A DNA stretch of 64,000 nt from Chloroflexota bacterium (lineage in GTDB: Bacteria > Chloroflexota > UBA11872): assembly GCA_965198185.1 (NCBI GenBank), contig CBDAOU010000001.1:925385-989384 (forward strand), in the 5' to 3' direction. Under the pieces are notes generated by a model. It saw only the letters and a list, made by a program, of their open reading frames with translations, was not told the origin of the DNA and did not search any database. Each line of letters starts with the position of its first letter. Position 1 is the first letter of the stretch. Made by a program: the position numbers and the translations under genes. This document shows, in pieces, positions 39,338 through 49,304 of this stretch.

Positions 39338-39715
39338 TCAATAGGGAGCCGCAAGTCCGGCGATCATCGGAAAGTGCCGCACGTTGGTCGTGAGCAGCTC
39401 GGCCTCCAGGACCAGCGCCGTGCCGGCGATGAGATAGTCGACGTCGTCAATGCCCCGGTACGCCCTGCGGTACCGGCGCGCCAGCGCCGCCGCCGTTCGA
39501 ACGACGGCCTCGTCGATGGGAACCCAGGCGAGCACGCCAAAGAACTCTTCGAGCATGTCCCGCTCGTCCAGACGTACCCCGGCCAGCAATTCAAACCTGA
39601 CAACCTCACTGGCGGCGATGTTTTCGCCAGCGGAAATGAAGTCTCGCAGGAGGGTAGTCGCCGCCTCGGCGCCGCGCAGATAGTCGACGGCCACCGACGT
39701 GTCCAGCAGCTTCAT
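39338..39715 (-). CDS. vapC: VapC PIN-domain toxin
   Basis: [38 protein letters not shown]. Confidence 0.92.
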   Translation of the reverse strand: MKLLDTSVAVDYLRGAEAATTLLRDFISAGENIAASEVVRFELLAGVRLDERDMLEEFFGVLAWVPIDEAVVRTAAALARRYRRAYRGIDDVDYLIAGTALVLEAELLTTNVRHFPMIAGLAAPY

Positions 39716-39972
39716 TCCAAGCCGAGCTTGCGCAGTCGCTCATTCAGATCGCCGCGAATGGCGTCCACGTACTCGGCGCCGGTAAAGCGGCGGTCGGCCC
39801 ACAGGCCGGCGGTAACATCGAGCGCGCGCAGCTTGTCGGCCGTCGACATGGCCCCAAAAGTGTGCCGCACGGCGCGCCGGATCAATTCCGACCGCGAGGC
39901 GCCGGTGGACCCGGCGGCCTGATCCAGAAGCGCCAACTCCTCATCGCCGAGATATACCTGCGTGCGTCCCAT
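39712..39972 (-). CDS. vapB: CopG/RHH antitoxin
   Basis: RTQVYL...[10 protein letters not shown]; ATGA overlap with vapC. Confidence 0.85.
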   Translation of the reverse strand: MGRTQVYLGDEELALLDQAAGSTGASRSELIRRAVRHTFGAMSTADKLRALDVTAGLWADRRFTGAEYVDAIRGDLNERLRKLGLE

Positions 39973-39978
39973 GGCGCT

Positions 39979-39997
39979 ACTATACACCACATGGTGT
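39979..39997 (-). promoter_or_regulatory. vapBC -10 box with overlapping palindromic operator
   Basis: ACACCA-ca-TGGTGT abuts minus-strand TATAGT lying 6 nt before the ATG. Confidence 0.6.
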
Positions 39998-40042
39998 TAA
40001 ACAGCACCGGATCGCCCAGCCGCCGTCAGGTCATCCTCCGTG

Positions 40043-40138
40043 ATGGCCCTTGACCGGCTGTTCGCCACTTACCATGACGAACGGTCGCAGATGATGGTAT
40101 TGAGAGTCCGGCACCGGAGGGAGGCCTATGGTCCGTGA
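40043..40138 (+). pseudogene. RelE/ParE-type toxin 3' remnant
   Basis: Short frame ending MVLRVRHRREAYGP*, like RelE C-termini; overlaps start of the HTH gene. Confidence 0.55.
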
Positions 40139-40475
40139 CGCAACCGTCACGCTGACGCGGACGGCGTATGACGCCCTGATCGCGCGGAATGAGGAGCTTG
40201 AAGACCGGCTGGCTGCAATTGATGCGGACGACGGAAGCCGGATCCCCCATGCGGTGGCGCTCGCCATCATGCGTGGCCAGCGCCCGTTGGCTGCGTTTCG
40301 GAACCATCGCGGCCTCACGCTGCGAGGGCTGGCCGAACAGACGGGGATCGCCGCGAGCTACCTGTCCGAAATAGAACGCGGGCGCAAACCGGGCTCGGCG
40401 GCGGCGCTGTCCCGCATCTCCGCCGCGCTGGACACCACAATCGACGCGCTGCTGAGTGATGTGGGGTCGGGCTGA
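40128..40475 (+). CDS. XRE/HTH_3 regulator, probable antitoxin
   Basis: RNHRGLTLRGLAEQTGIAASYLSEIERGRKPGS. Confidence 0.85.
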   Translation: MVRDATVTLTRTAYDALIARNEELEDRLAAIDADDGSRIPHAVALAIMRGQRPLAAFRNHRGLTLRGLAEQTGIAASYLSEIERGRKPGSAAALSRISAALDTTIDALLSDVGSG

Positions 40476-40490
40476 ATTCTCTCGACCAGC

Positions 40491-41935
40491 ATGACCTCCA
40501 ACCGCCCCAACATCCTCTGGTACTGCACCGACCAGCAGCGCTTCGACACCATCGGCGCGCTGGGCAACCCGCATGTCCGCACGCCGAACCTCGATCGCTT
40601 CGTGGCGCAGTCGGTGGCGTTCACGCACGCCTACTGCCAGAGCCCCATCTGCACGCCCAGCCGGGCGAGCTTCCTCACCGGCATGTATCCCAGCCGGGTG
40701 CACAACGCGCGCAACGGCAACGCGGCGGTGCCGTCGGAAACCGCTGATCGCCTGGTCACCCGCGCGCTGGCCGACGCCGGCTATGACGGCGGTTTGGTCG
40801 GCAAGCTGCATCTCGCAGGCGCGGCGTCGGCGCAGGAACCACGTGTAGACGATGGCTACCGCGTGTTCGAGTACAGCCACGCGCCGCGCAACGACTGGCC
40901 GCTGGCCGAGCACGACTACGCCCGCTGGCTGCACGAGAAGGGCCACGATCCGGCAGAGGTGCTGCAGGCGCCGGCCGGCTACGGCGGGCTCATGGCGCCC
41001 ACGCCGGACGCGACAACGTGCCGCCCGAATTGCATCAAACGACCTGGTGCACGGAGCGGGCCATCGACTTCATCTCCAGCGACCGCGCGGCTGATACCCC
41101 GTGGCTTCTCTCCGTGAATCCCTACGACCCGCACCCGCCCTACAACCCGCCCTGGGAGTTCTACCGCCGCTACGACCCATCCGCGCTGCCCGGTCCGCTG
41201 TTCCGTCGGAGCGACCTGGAGACCCAGGGCCGCCTGACCCGCGCGGGCGTGGACTTTCAGAGCGAGTCGCGGCATCCGGACGCCTTCCGCGCGCGCGAGG
41301 TCCAGGCCGCCTACTACGCCATGATCGAGCTGGTCGACGACCAGTTCGGGCGGCTGCTGGACGCGCTGGAGGCGGCGGGACAGGCCGAGCGCACGGTGGT
41401 CATCTTCACCAGCGACCACGGCGAGTCGGCGGGCGATCACGGCCTGCTGCAGAAGGGCTGCCGGTTCTTCGACGGCCTCACGCGCGTACCGCTCATCTGG
41501 CGCTGGCCGGGCCGCTTCACGGCCGGGCTGCGCAGCGACGCGCTGGTGGAGCTGACGGACGTCGCGCCCACCCTGCTGGAGATCGCCGGGCTGCCGGTGC
41601 CCGAGGAGACGCAGGGCCGCTCGCTGTTGCCGATCCTGCGCGGCGCCGCCCCTGCAGATGAACATCGGGACCACGTGCGCTGCGAGTATCTCGACGCGGT
41701 GGATCTGCCCGACCACAGCCGCGCCACCATGTATCGCAACCGCCGCTGGAAGCTGAACGTCTACCACAACCACGGGCTGGGCGAGCTCTACGACATGCAG
41801 GCCGATCCACACGAGTTCGACAACCTGTGGGACAGCCCCGACCACCGGGACGCGCGCGACGAACTGCTACAGGCCAGCTTCAACGCCACCGTCATGGCCC
41901 TGGACCTGGGCCCGCCAAGGACCTCGGGCTTCTAG
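40491..41935 (+). CDS. Sulfatase (Cys-type); frameshift near 41009
   Basis: RPNILWYCTDQ, CTPSRASFLTG (CxPxR), GKLHL, PHPPY, FTSDHG, ELYDMQADPHE. Confidence 0.88.
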
Positions 41936-42253
41936 CTACGGCCGCGGCGCCATGACCACCAGCAGCCGCGCCCGGTCGCTGGACTCGTTCGCCACCCCGT
42001 GGTCGGAGCCCGCCGGCGCCCAAATGGCGTGTCCGGGGCCCACCGCCTGCCGCTCGCCGTCCACCTCGAACGTCGGCGTCCCGTCGATCACGTAATACAC
42101 CTTGTCGGACGCAGCGTGGGCGTGGACGCGCTGAGTCTGCCCCGGTTCCAGGCAGTAGACGTCACAGAACATTCGCTCCGACTCGAACAGGTTGTTCTTG
42201 GCCATCTTGGCGGCGGCAAAGCCGCTGTGGCAGTCAACGTGTTGCACGTGCAT
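41936..42253 (-). CDS. Cupin domain protein
   Basis: PGQTQRVHAH..SDKVYYVIDG, APAGSDHGV. Confidence 0.85.
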   Translation of the reverse strand: MHVQHVDCHSGFAAAKMAKNNLFESERMFCDVYCLEPGQTQRVHAHAASDKVYYVIDGTPTFEVDGERQAVGPGHAIWAPAGSDHGVANESSDRARLLVVMAPRP

Positions 42254-42283
42254 GGCGTCTCCGAAACCCAGGGCCGTCGAGCG

Positions 42284-43619
42284 TCAGCGTAGCGCCGGCG
42301 GGGCGCGCCCGTCGGTTAGGCCGGCCAGCTCCGGACCGGCGGTCACCAGCGTGTAGGCCTCGGGATCGAGGAGCCGCGCCGCCGCCTGCTGCACGTCGTC
42401 CCCCGTCACCGCCTCGACGATGTCCGGATAGCGCGCCAGGTAGTCGAGTCCCAGGCCGTATGTCTCGATCGTCAACAGCATGCCCGCGATGCCGCCGTTG
42501 CGCTCCAGTCGCAGCGGCAGCGAGCCGACCATGGCTTGCTTGGTGAGCCCCAGCTCCTCATCGGTGGGCGGCTCGTCCATCAGGCGGCGCGCCTCCGTCA
42601 GCCCGCTGGCGACCGCCTTGGCCACGCTGACCGGATTGACGCCCGCGCGAATGGTCCAGGGCATGCGGGCATGGCCGGCTTCGGCGTGGCTGGTGGCGTG
42701 ATAGGCCAAACCCTGCGCGTCGCGCACGGTGGCGCCGATCCGCCCGCCGAGGCCCAGTTGACCCAGGATGTAGTTGCCCATCATGACCGGGAAATACGCC
42801 GGATCGAGCCGTCGCACGCCGGGCCAGCCGAGCGTGAACTCGGTTTGCGTCTTACCGTCCATGCTCAGGTCCTCGCGCACCCCGCCGGCCTCGGTTGCGG
42901 CGGTGTCAAAGTCGCGGATCGCATCACGCTGACGCTGGGCGGCGCCTGGGCTCGGGCCGCGCCAGTCCTCTAAATAGCGCGTTGCCAGGTCGCGCACATT
43001 ATCGGGCGTCACCGCGCCGACCACCGCCAGCACCAGCGACTCTGGGTCATACGCCTCGGCATGGAAAGTCCCGCAGGTTGTCGGGCGTGAGGACGCGCAT
43101 GGTGTCGGCGTAGCCCTCGTCCGGGCGGCCGTAGGGATTGTCGCGGCCGAACAGCAGCTCCCGGAAGCGTCGGTCGGACAGCGCGCCGGGGTTGTTCTCA
43201 ACGTGAGCGATCCCAGTGAGCGCCTGGTCGCGCAGGCGTCCCACCTCGTCATCGGGGAAGGTGGAATTTCGCAGGCCGTCGGCGGCCAGCCGCAGCAGCA
43301 GGTCCAGGTCCTCCGCCAGGGCGCGGCCGCTGAAGCTGCCGTGCTCGATGCCGGCGCCGAAGTTGAGCGAGGCGCCCACGTCGTCAAGCTCGGCGCTGAA
43401 GTCCATGAAGGACCGCGTCGTGGTGCCGCGGTTCAGGGCGTCCGCGGTCAGGCCGGCGAGACCGCACTGGTCCTCCGTCTCCAAAATGGCGCCGGCGGCG
43501 TGCTGCGCGGCCACCGCCACGGACGGCGACGACGGATTGGGATAGACCAGCAGCACCATGCCGTTGGCCAGGGTGGACCGCGCCACCGTGTCGGGGCCGA
43601 GCGACCGACCGCGCGTCAC
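42284..43619 (-). CDS. M16 peptidase, non-catalytic partner subunit; frameshift near 43065
   Basis: TLANG, GLAGLTADALNRGT (no HxxEH), ILGQLGLGGRI..VRDAQGLAY; GTGA overlap with upstream M16. Confidence 0.8.
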
Positions 43620-44911
43620 GCCGGTGCGCCGCCCGCCCGAGCCGGACCTTCGGGAATGAACCAGCCGCTCGTCCGCCGCTCCGGACGCAGATAGGTTTGC
43701 GCGGCGCGCTGCACCTCCTGCGGTGTGACCTCGGTGAGGCGCTCGGTAAAGGTTTGTGCTGCGCGCCAGGTATGCGCGATATCCAGGAACCCCAGCCACA
43801 TCGCCTGCGCCGTGACGCCCTCCAGGCCAATCGCCTGCTTGGCGCGCGCCTGGCGCACGGCGCGGGCGAGCTCGGCCTCGTCGGGGGTGGAGTCCTGCAG
43901 ATCCTGAATCACTTCCGCCACCGCCTCGACGATGGGCTCACGGTCGCCTTCGGGCTTGAGCACCACGGTGATCCGGTGCAGGGTCGGGTCGATGTTGAAG
44001 CCGACATCCGTGCCGACCGCGGCGGCCATCCCGGACGCCACGAAGCGCCGGTAGAGCCGTGAGGTGCGCACGATCCCGCCGCCGCCGAACGGTCCGCTCT
44101 TGGGGCCGGCGAGCAACGCGTCGAGCACCAGCAGCGCGGGAAAGTCGGGATGCGCAAACTCCGGGATCCGGTGCCCCACGGTCAGGATCGGGAAGGGACC
44201 CGGATGCCGTACGTCCACCTCGCGCGGGCTGGTTTGCTCGGGCTCTCGCACGTCGAGCGGCGCCGGCAGCGTCCGCTCCGGGATGTGCCCAAACGCGCCT
44301 TCGAGCCGGTCCAGCACGTCGGCCTCGACGAAGTCCCCCGCGATGACCGCCAGCGCATTATTGGGCGCGTAGTAGTCCTGATAGTGCCCGTAGAGTTCGT
44401 CGCGGGTCATGCGGTTGAGATCGGCCTTGCTGCCGATCACGCCGTGGCCGTAGGGATGGGTGGTGAAGGCGGCGGCCTCCAGCTCCTCGGTGAGCAGGAA
44501 CATCGGCTCCGCCTCGTGGCCCTCGCGCTCGGAGATGATGACGGTGCGCTCGCTGGCCACGTCGTCCGGATCGAAGACGGCGTTGGCCATGCGGTCGGAC
44601 TCGATCCGCAGCGGCAAGTCCAGATGCTGCGACGGAACCGTCTCGAAATAGGCCGTCGTATCCTCGGTGGTGAACCCGTTCCACGTGCCGCCCACGCCGT
44701 TGACCAGGCGGCCGATGTCGCCGGGGTTGAGCGTCTCGGTACGCTTGAACAGCATGTGCTCAACCCAGTGGGAGGCGCCGCTCATGCCCGGCGGCTCGTT
44801 GCGCGCGCCCACGCGATACCACATGACGAAACTGACCAGGGGAACGGCGTGACTCTCGCGCAGCAGGACCTGAAGTCCGTTGGAGAGGGTGTGCTCGGCG
44901 ACGTCGTCCAT
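43616..44911 (-). CDS. M16 (pitrilysin family) peptidase, catalytic subunit
   Basis: TLSNGL, GASHWVEHMLFK (HxxEH), NGFTTED, YYAPNNA, SRLYR. Confidence 0.9.
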   Translation of the reverse strand: MDDVAEHTLSNGLQVLLRESHAVPLVSFVMWYRVGARNEPPGMSGASHWVEHMLFKRTETLNPGDIGRLVNGVGGTWNGFTTEDTTAYFETVPSQHLDLPLRIESDRMANAVFDPDDVASERTVIISEREGHEAEPMFLLTEELEAAAFTTHPYGHGVIGSKADLNRMTRDELYGHYQDYYAPNNALAVIAGDFVEADVLDRLEGAFGHIPERTLPAPLDVREPEQTSPREVDVRHPGPFPILTVGHRIPEFAHPDFPALLVLDALLAGPKSGPFGGGGIVRTSRLYRRFVASGMAAAVGTDVGFNIDPTLHRITVVLKPEGDREPIVEAVAEVIQDLQDSTPDEAELARAVRQARAKQAIGLEGVTAQAMWLGFLDIAHTWRAAQTFTERLTEVTPQEVQRAAQTYLRPERRTSGWFIPEGPARAGGAPA

Positions 44912-45008
44912 GAGGTGCGATTGGCGCCGTCGGCGCGCCGACGGCGATGCTAGCACAGCGGTCGGTGCCCCAGACCACGCCTGCCGGAGGCCGATAGTGG
45001 GCCATCAC

Positions 45009-45150
45009 GGCTCCGTCATTCCCGCGAAGGGCCTGCCCCGGACTCGATCCGGGGCGGGAATCCAGTCCCGGCCCGCCGACGGTTGGCCGTCTTGGCTCCG
45101 TCATTCCGGCGAAAAGCCTGCCCCGTACTCGATACGGGGCCGGAATCCAG
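45009..45150. repeat. Two composite REP/dRS3-like hairpins, each with a nested inner hairpin
   Basis: gtcattcccgcgaag[ggcctgccccggactcgatccggg]gcgggaatccag and gtcattccggcgaaa[agcctgccccgtactcgatacggg]gccggaatccag. Confidence 0.85.
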
Positions 45151-45187
45151 CTCCGGAGACCCAGCGTCCTAACAGCGAGGGGTGCCC

Positions 45188-45556
45188 ATGACCCCCGCCG
45201 AGTTCGAGGCGACCGTGCGCGAGGCGATCTCCGGTATTCCGGCCGGCTTGCGGGATCGTCTCGAAAACGTCGAGGTCGTGGTCGCCGACTGGCCCACGGA
45301 GGACGAGTTGGAAAGCGCGGAGGTGCCGCGGGGCTATACGCTCTTCGGCCTCTACAGCGGCGTGCCGCTCACCGAGCGCACCTCCGGCTATCACATGGTG
45401 CTTCCGGACCGCATCATCATCTTCCAGGGCCCGCTCGAAGAGGCCTGCCGCGACCCCGACGACCTCCGCGAGGAAATCCGGTCCACCGTGATCCACGAAT
45501 TCGCGCACCACTTCGGCCTTTCCGACGACGACCTCCGACGGCTGGGGGTTGCCTGA
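45188..45556 (+). CDS. Zincin_1 (DUF1025) metallopeptidase family protein
   Basis: LFGLYSGVPLTER, LPDRIIIFQGP, TVIHEFAHHFG. Confidence 0.88.
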   Translation: MTPAEFEATVREAISGIPAGLRDRLENVEVVVADWPTEDELESAEVPRGYTLFGLYSGVPLTERTSGYHMVLPDRIIIFQGPLEEACRDPDDLREEIRSTVIHEFAHHFGLSDDDLRRLGVA

Positions 45557-46708
45557 ATGGGCGCTGTGACGCTGCGCTGCCCGGCGTGCGCGATCGAGGT
45601 TCCGTGGGACGCCTCGCTGTTGGCGTGCCCGCGCTGCGAGGGACCGCTCGACGCTGCCATGGACGTGCCGCGGCTGACGCACGACATCGACGCGCTGATC
45701 GATGAAAGCGCCCCGGGCGTCTGGCGCTACCGAGGCGCGCTGGCGCTATCGAGCGACGTGCTCGTCTTGTCGCTCGGCGAGGGACGCACGCCGGTTGTCG
45801 ATCTCCCGGACTGGGGGAGCGCCCACGGCTTGACCCGGTGCCACGCCAAGCTTGAGTACATGGCGCCGACCGGATCGTTCAAGGACCGCGGCGCGGCGCC
45901 CGTGATCGCGTCGCTCAAGGCCCAGGGCGCCGCCAAGATCGTCGAGGACTCATCGGGCAACGCGGGCGCGGCGATGGCGGCCTATGCCGCGCGCGCCGGG
46001 CTGGCCGCCGACATCTACGTGCCCGCCGCGGCCCCGACCGGCAAGATCGCGCAGATCGCGCAGTACGGCGCCACCGTGCATCGGGTGGAGGGCACGCGCG
46101 AGGACGTGGCCGCCGCGGCTGCCGCCGCCGCGCAAGCGCCCGGCGCGGCCTACGCCTCGCACAGCCGGCATCCGGCATTCGTCGAGGGCGCGAAGACGTT
46201 CGTGCTGGAGTTGCTGGAGGACGGCGTGGACGCGCTGCCGCGGCACTTCGTGTTTCCCGTGGGGAACGGCGGTCTCATCCTCGGAGCCCACAAAGCGCTG
46301 ACGGAGCTGCGGCAGGCCGGTCTGCAATTCCAGATGCCGCGCCTGCACATTGCCCAAGCGGCGGCCTGCCAGCCGCTCGTTCGGGCGTTCATTGCGGGCG
46401 CCGCGGCGCCGGTTGCCGTGGACCGCCGCCCGACCATCGCCGGCGGCATCGACGTTGCCGTCCCGGCCCGCGGCGCGGCCGTCCTGCACGCGGCGCGCGA
46501 CACCGGCGGCACAGCGGTGGCGGTCACCGAAGATCAAATCGCGGCGACCCGCTCCGCCTTGGCCCGCGACGAGGGGCTGTTCGTCGAGGCGACCTCAGCC
46601 GCCGCCTTCGCCGCCGCGGCAAAGCTGGGCGCCCAAGGCGCCATCGCCGCCAGTGACACCGTGCTCATCCCCGCCACCGGCAGCGGCCTCAAGGACCCGC
46701 CGCAGTAG
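45557..46708 (+). CDS. thrC: Threonine synthase-like PLP enzyme
   Basis: CxxC pairs, SLGEGRTP, PTGSFKDRG, DSSGNAG, PVGNGG, TGSGLK. Confidence 0.8.
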   Translation: MGAVTLRCPACAIEVPWDASLLACPRCEGPLDAAMDVPRLTHDIDALIDESAPGVWRYRGALALSSDVLVLSLGEGRTPVVDLPDWGSAHGLTRCHAKLEYMAPTGSFKDRGAAPVIASLKAQGAAKIVEDSSGNAGAAMAAYAARAGLAADIYVPAAAPTGKIAQIAQYGATVHRVEGTREDVAAAAAAAAQAPGAAYASHSRHPAFVEGAKTFVLELLEDGVDALPRHFVFPVGNGGLILGAHKALTELRQAGLQFQMPRLHIAQAAACQPLVRAFIAGAAAPVAVDRRPTIAGGIDVAVPARGAAVLHAARDTGGTAVAVTEDQIAATRSALARDEGLFVEATSAAAFAAAAKLGAQGAIAASDTVLIPATGSGLKDPPQ

Positions 46709-46770
46709 TCGGCCTAGGTGTGGTGCCCGCGAGCCTTGTTGACGAGTTTTTCCCTGCGGGAGATCTAATT

Positions 46771-46816
46771 CCGTTCGTGGTGAGCCTGTCGAACCACGCC
46801 CTTCGACAAGCTCAAG
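46771..46816. repeat. REP-like inverted pair between convergent genes
   Basis: tgagcctgtcgaa ... ttcgacaagctca. Confidence 0.65.
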
Positions 46817-46900
46817 GGGGGGGCGATACCAGCATGGTGAGCACACTAGGCCGCCGGGTTGGGGCGAGGCGGCGGCAGCACCGCGCAGCGTCGAGGAGTC

Positions 46901-47392
46901 TCAGGTGCCGCGCTTTGTCCGCTTTGCACGGCGCGCTTGCTTGGCCTCGGGGCTGTGCGCGGCCTCATGCGCCGCGATCAGTTCGTCGGGCGTCACCCGC
47001 GCCACGGCCTCGCCGATCACGTCCAGCGCCGCGTCGTCCGCGCGCCGAAAGCGCACGCAGCACTTGCCCATGTTCAGCTTCTTGCCCGCTTCCGCATACG
47101 CCGCCACGAACCAGTCCGTCAGCTCCTGGCTGGCGTAGAGCCCATTCAGATAGACCGAGATGTGGCGCTTCTGCGCCGCCAGCGCCACCGAGCCCAGCGC
47201 CTGGCCGTTATAGGTGTTGGGAAACTGCTCCAGCGGAATCGCGTAGCCGATCATGCCGTACTGCATCGTCTCCTCGAACCCGTTGGGCAGGTTGGCCAGG
47301 ATCGCCTCGCGCACCCGCGCCACGTCCGCCCGCCGGTCGTCCGGCAGCTCGGCCAGATATTGCTCAACCGTCGTTGCCCTGCTCGAAACCAT
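46901..47392 (-). CDS. DUF1801 domain protein
   Basis: TVEQYLAELP, YGMIGY.IP, YNGQAL, LAAQK, LNMGKCCVRF. Confidence 0.85.
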   Translation of the reverse strand: MVSSRATTVEQYLAELPDDRRADVARVREAILANLPNGFEETMQYGMIGYAIPLEQFPNTYNGQALGSVALAAQKRHISVYLNGLYASQELTDWFVAAYAEAGKKLNMGKCCVRFRRADDAALDVIGEAVARVTPDELIAAHEAAHSPEAKQARRAKRTKRGT

Positions 47393-47410
47393 GCGCTCGT
47401 TACCTCTGGG

Positions 47411-48541
47411 CTAGGCGGAGACCGCCGCGGCCGCTGCGCGCGGCAGGGCGCCGGTGTCCTCCGTGGGGTACTGCTGGAATAGCTGGCCCCACGGTCCGCG
47501 CAGGGCATTGGCCGCTCGGCGGCGGCCGTGCATGTTCCACCAGTAGCCGTCGTGATAGGCGCGGGAGGCTGCGTAGGACCAGGGAGCGATCACCGTGCGC
47601 AGCAGCAGCCGCTCCAGGGGCTTCAGCGGTCCCCAATAGATGAGCTTTTGGCCGCGGCTGGCAAACGTTTCGCGGGCGGTGCGGGCCTGCCAGCTCACGG
47701 CGTCCACGTCGACGCCCACCACCTCGATCTCGCGCGCATCGGCGGTGCCCAGTCCATGCTCGTGCGCCAGGCGCAGAAACGGAATCTCAAACGGGTCCAG
47801 GCCCATCAGCCGGGCGATGGTGGCGTCCACGGCGACCTGATCGGCGCCCGCCAGCATCAACCCGCGCTCGTGGACGTCCATGCAGCGCGGGCCGGGCCCT
47901 TCGCCGATGAATGTCCCGTCCACCACGGCGAAGATGCCCTTGTGAATTTCCTTCTGAATCGTCAGCAGATCCACCAACGTCTCGTGAATCGTGGCGTGGC
48001 AGAAATGGCGCTTCTCGAACAGCAAGCCGCCGAAGGCGTTCTTCATGGCCCCGGTGATGGTGGTGAAGACGTGTGTCTTCATGGTGGGCAGGTGAATGAT
48101 GTTGGTGCCGATGAGGCGCTCGGGAATGCGCACGCCTTCGGGATACACGTCGTGCAGCGTGAGCATCCGGCCGCGCGGCTCATAGCGCACCCAGCGCTCG
48201 TCCTCGTAGAGGTGCACGTTGCGCACGCCGTGCGCCGCCAGCACCGGTCGGTGCTTGTTGGCGCGCTCGCCGACGCGGGCGTTGACCACCACGGTGCGGT
48301 TGTGCGCGCCGAAGAGGTCGTCCGCGGGGAAGCCGTCGGCGAGCAGCGTGCGGGCGACGCCGTCGAGCTGCCAGGGCGCAGTGGAGCAAGCCGGATACCA
48401 GTGGTGCCACGAAATGTTGATCTTGAGCGCAGTCTCGGCCGCCGGGTCCAGGTGGCCGCGGTATCCGGCGCGGCGCATGACGTCGGCGACATCGTCGAGG
48501 ACCGTTTCGGGCTGCGTGCGAACCAGAGCGACGGTGGTCAC
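47411..48541 (-). CDS. DUF362 domain protein
   Basis: LKINISW, LPTMKTH, TGAMKNAFG, DGT..EGPGP, DQVAVDA. Confidence 0.85.
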   Translation of the reverse strand: MTTVALVRTQPETVLDDVADVMRRAGYRGHLDPAAETALKINISWHHWYPACSTAPWQLDGVARTLLADGFPADDLFGAHNRTVVVNARVGERANKHRPVLAAHGVRNVHLYEDERWVRYEPRGRMLTLHDVYPEGVRIPERLIGTNIIHLPTMKTHVFTTITGAMKNAFGGLLFEKRHFCHATIHETLVDLLTIQKEIHKGIFAVVDGTFIGEGPGPRCMDVHERGLMLAGADQVAVDATIARLMGLDPFEIPFLRLAHEHGLGTADAREIEVVGVDVDAVSWQARTARETFASRGQKLIYWGPLKPLERLLLRTVIAPWSYAASRAYHDGYWWNMHGRRRAANALRGPWGQLFQQYPTEDTGALPRAAAAAVSA

Positions 48542-48550
48542 GGCGAGCTG

Positions 48551-49303
48551 CTATCCGGTGTAGGGCGTGGCCTTCGGCACACGGTAACGCAGGAAGACCT
48601 CGCCCTGGCAGCGGGTCACGCTGAGCAACTCAAACTTGAGGACGTCGGCGGGGGCAAGGGCGCGCTCGCCTTCGACGGCCGTCCGCGGCCGCGGCTCGCC
48701 GATGATCGACGGCGTGACGGTCATGAAGAACTCGTCCACCAGACCGGCCCGCAGCATGTGGGCATTGAGGATCGCGCCGCCCTCACACACCAGGCGCCGC
48801 ACGCCCCGCTCGGAGGTCAGGTAGGCGGCGAGGGCCGGCAGATCGACCGCCGTGGCGCCGAGGCGCACGATCTCTGAAACCTGGGCCAGCCGCGGGTCCA
48901 CGTCGGCGGCTTCATGCGTCACCACGATGGGCTTCAGCGGGTAGCGGCGGTAACGGAAGACCCGGTCCGCGGGATCGATTTCCGCCGAGTTGGTCACGAT
49001 CACGAACAGCGGAGGCCAGGTGAAGCCCAACCGCTGCCGCATCCCCCGCAGCTCATCGCTCCACAGGTAGCGGTCCAGCCCCATGCCCAGCGTCCGCGCG
49101 CCGTGCAGCACGGCGTCGAAATGCGCGCGAAACCGGCGAAACGTGCGCTGGTCGGCCTGACCGCCGATCGGCCAGTAGGCGTCGGTCGGTCCTTTGATGG
49201 CGCCGTCCAGCGTCATCACCATCTGAATAGCCGTGTACGGGCGGCGGGTCCCCGCGGGCAGATCGAGGTCGTCGTAGACCCCGGGCGCCTCCTGCGCCGG
49301 CAC
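48551..49303 (-). CDS. RibD C-terminal/dihydrofolate reductase family protein
   Basis: MVMTLDGAI, DAVLHGART, LVCEGGAILN, GLVDEF. Confidence 0.82.
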   Translation of the reverse strand: MPAQEAPGVYDDLDLPAGTRRPYTAIQMVMTLDGAIKGPTDAYWPIGGQADQRTFRRFRAHFDAVLHGARTLGMGLDRYLWSDELRGMRQRLGFTWPPLFVIVTNSAEIDPADRVFRYRRYPLKPIVVTHEAADVDPRLAQVSEIVRLGATAVDLPALAAYLTSERGVRRLVCEGGAILNAHMLRAGLVDEFFMTVTPSIIGEPRPRTAVEGERALAPADVLKFELLSVTRCQGEVFLRYRVPKATPYTG

Positions 49304-49304
49304 C

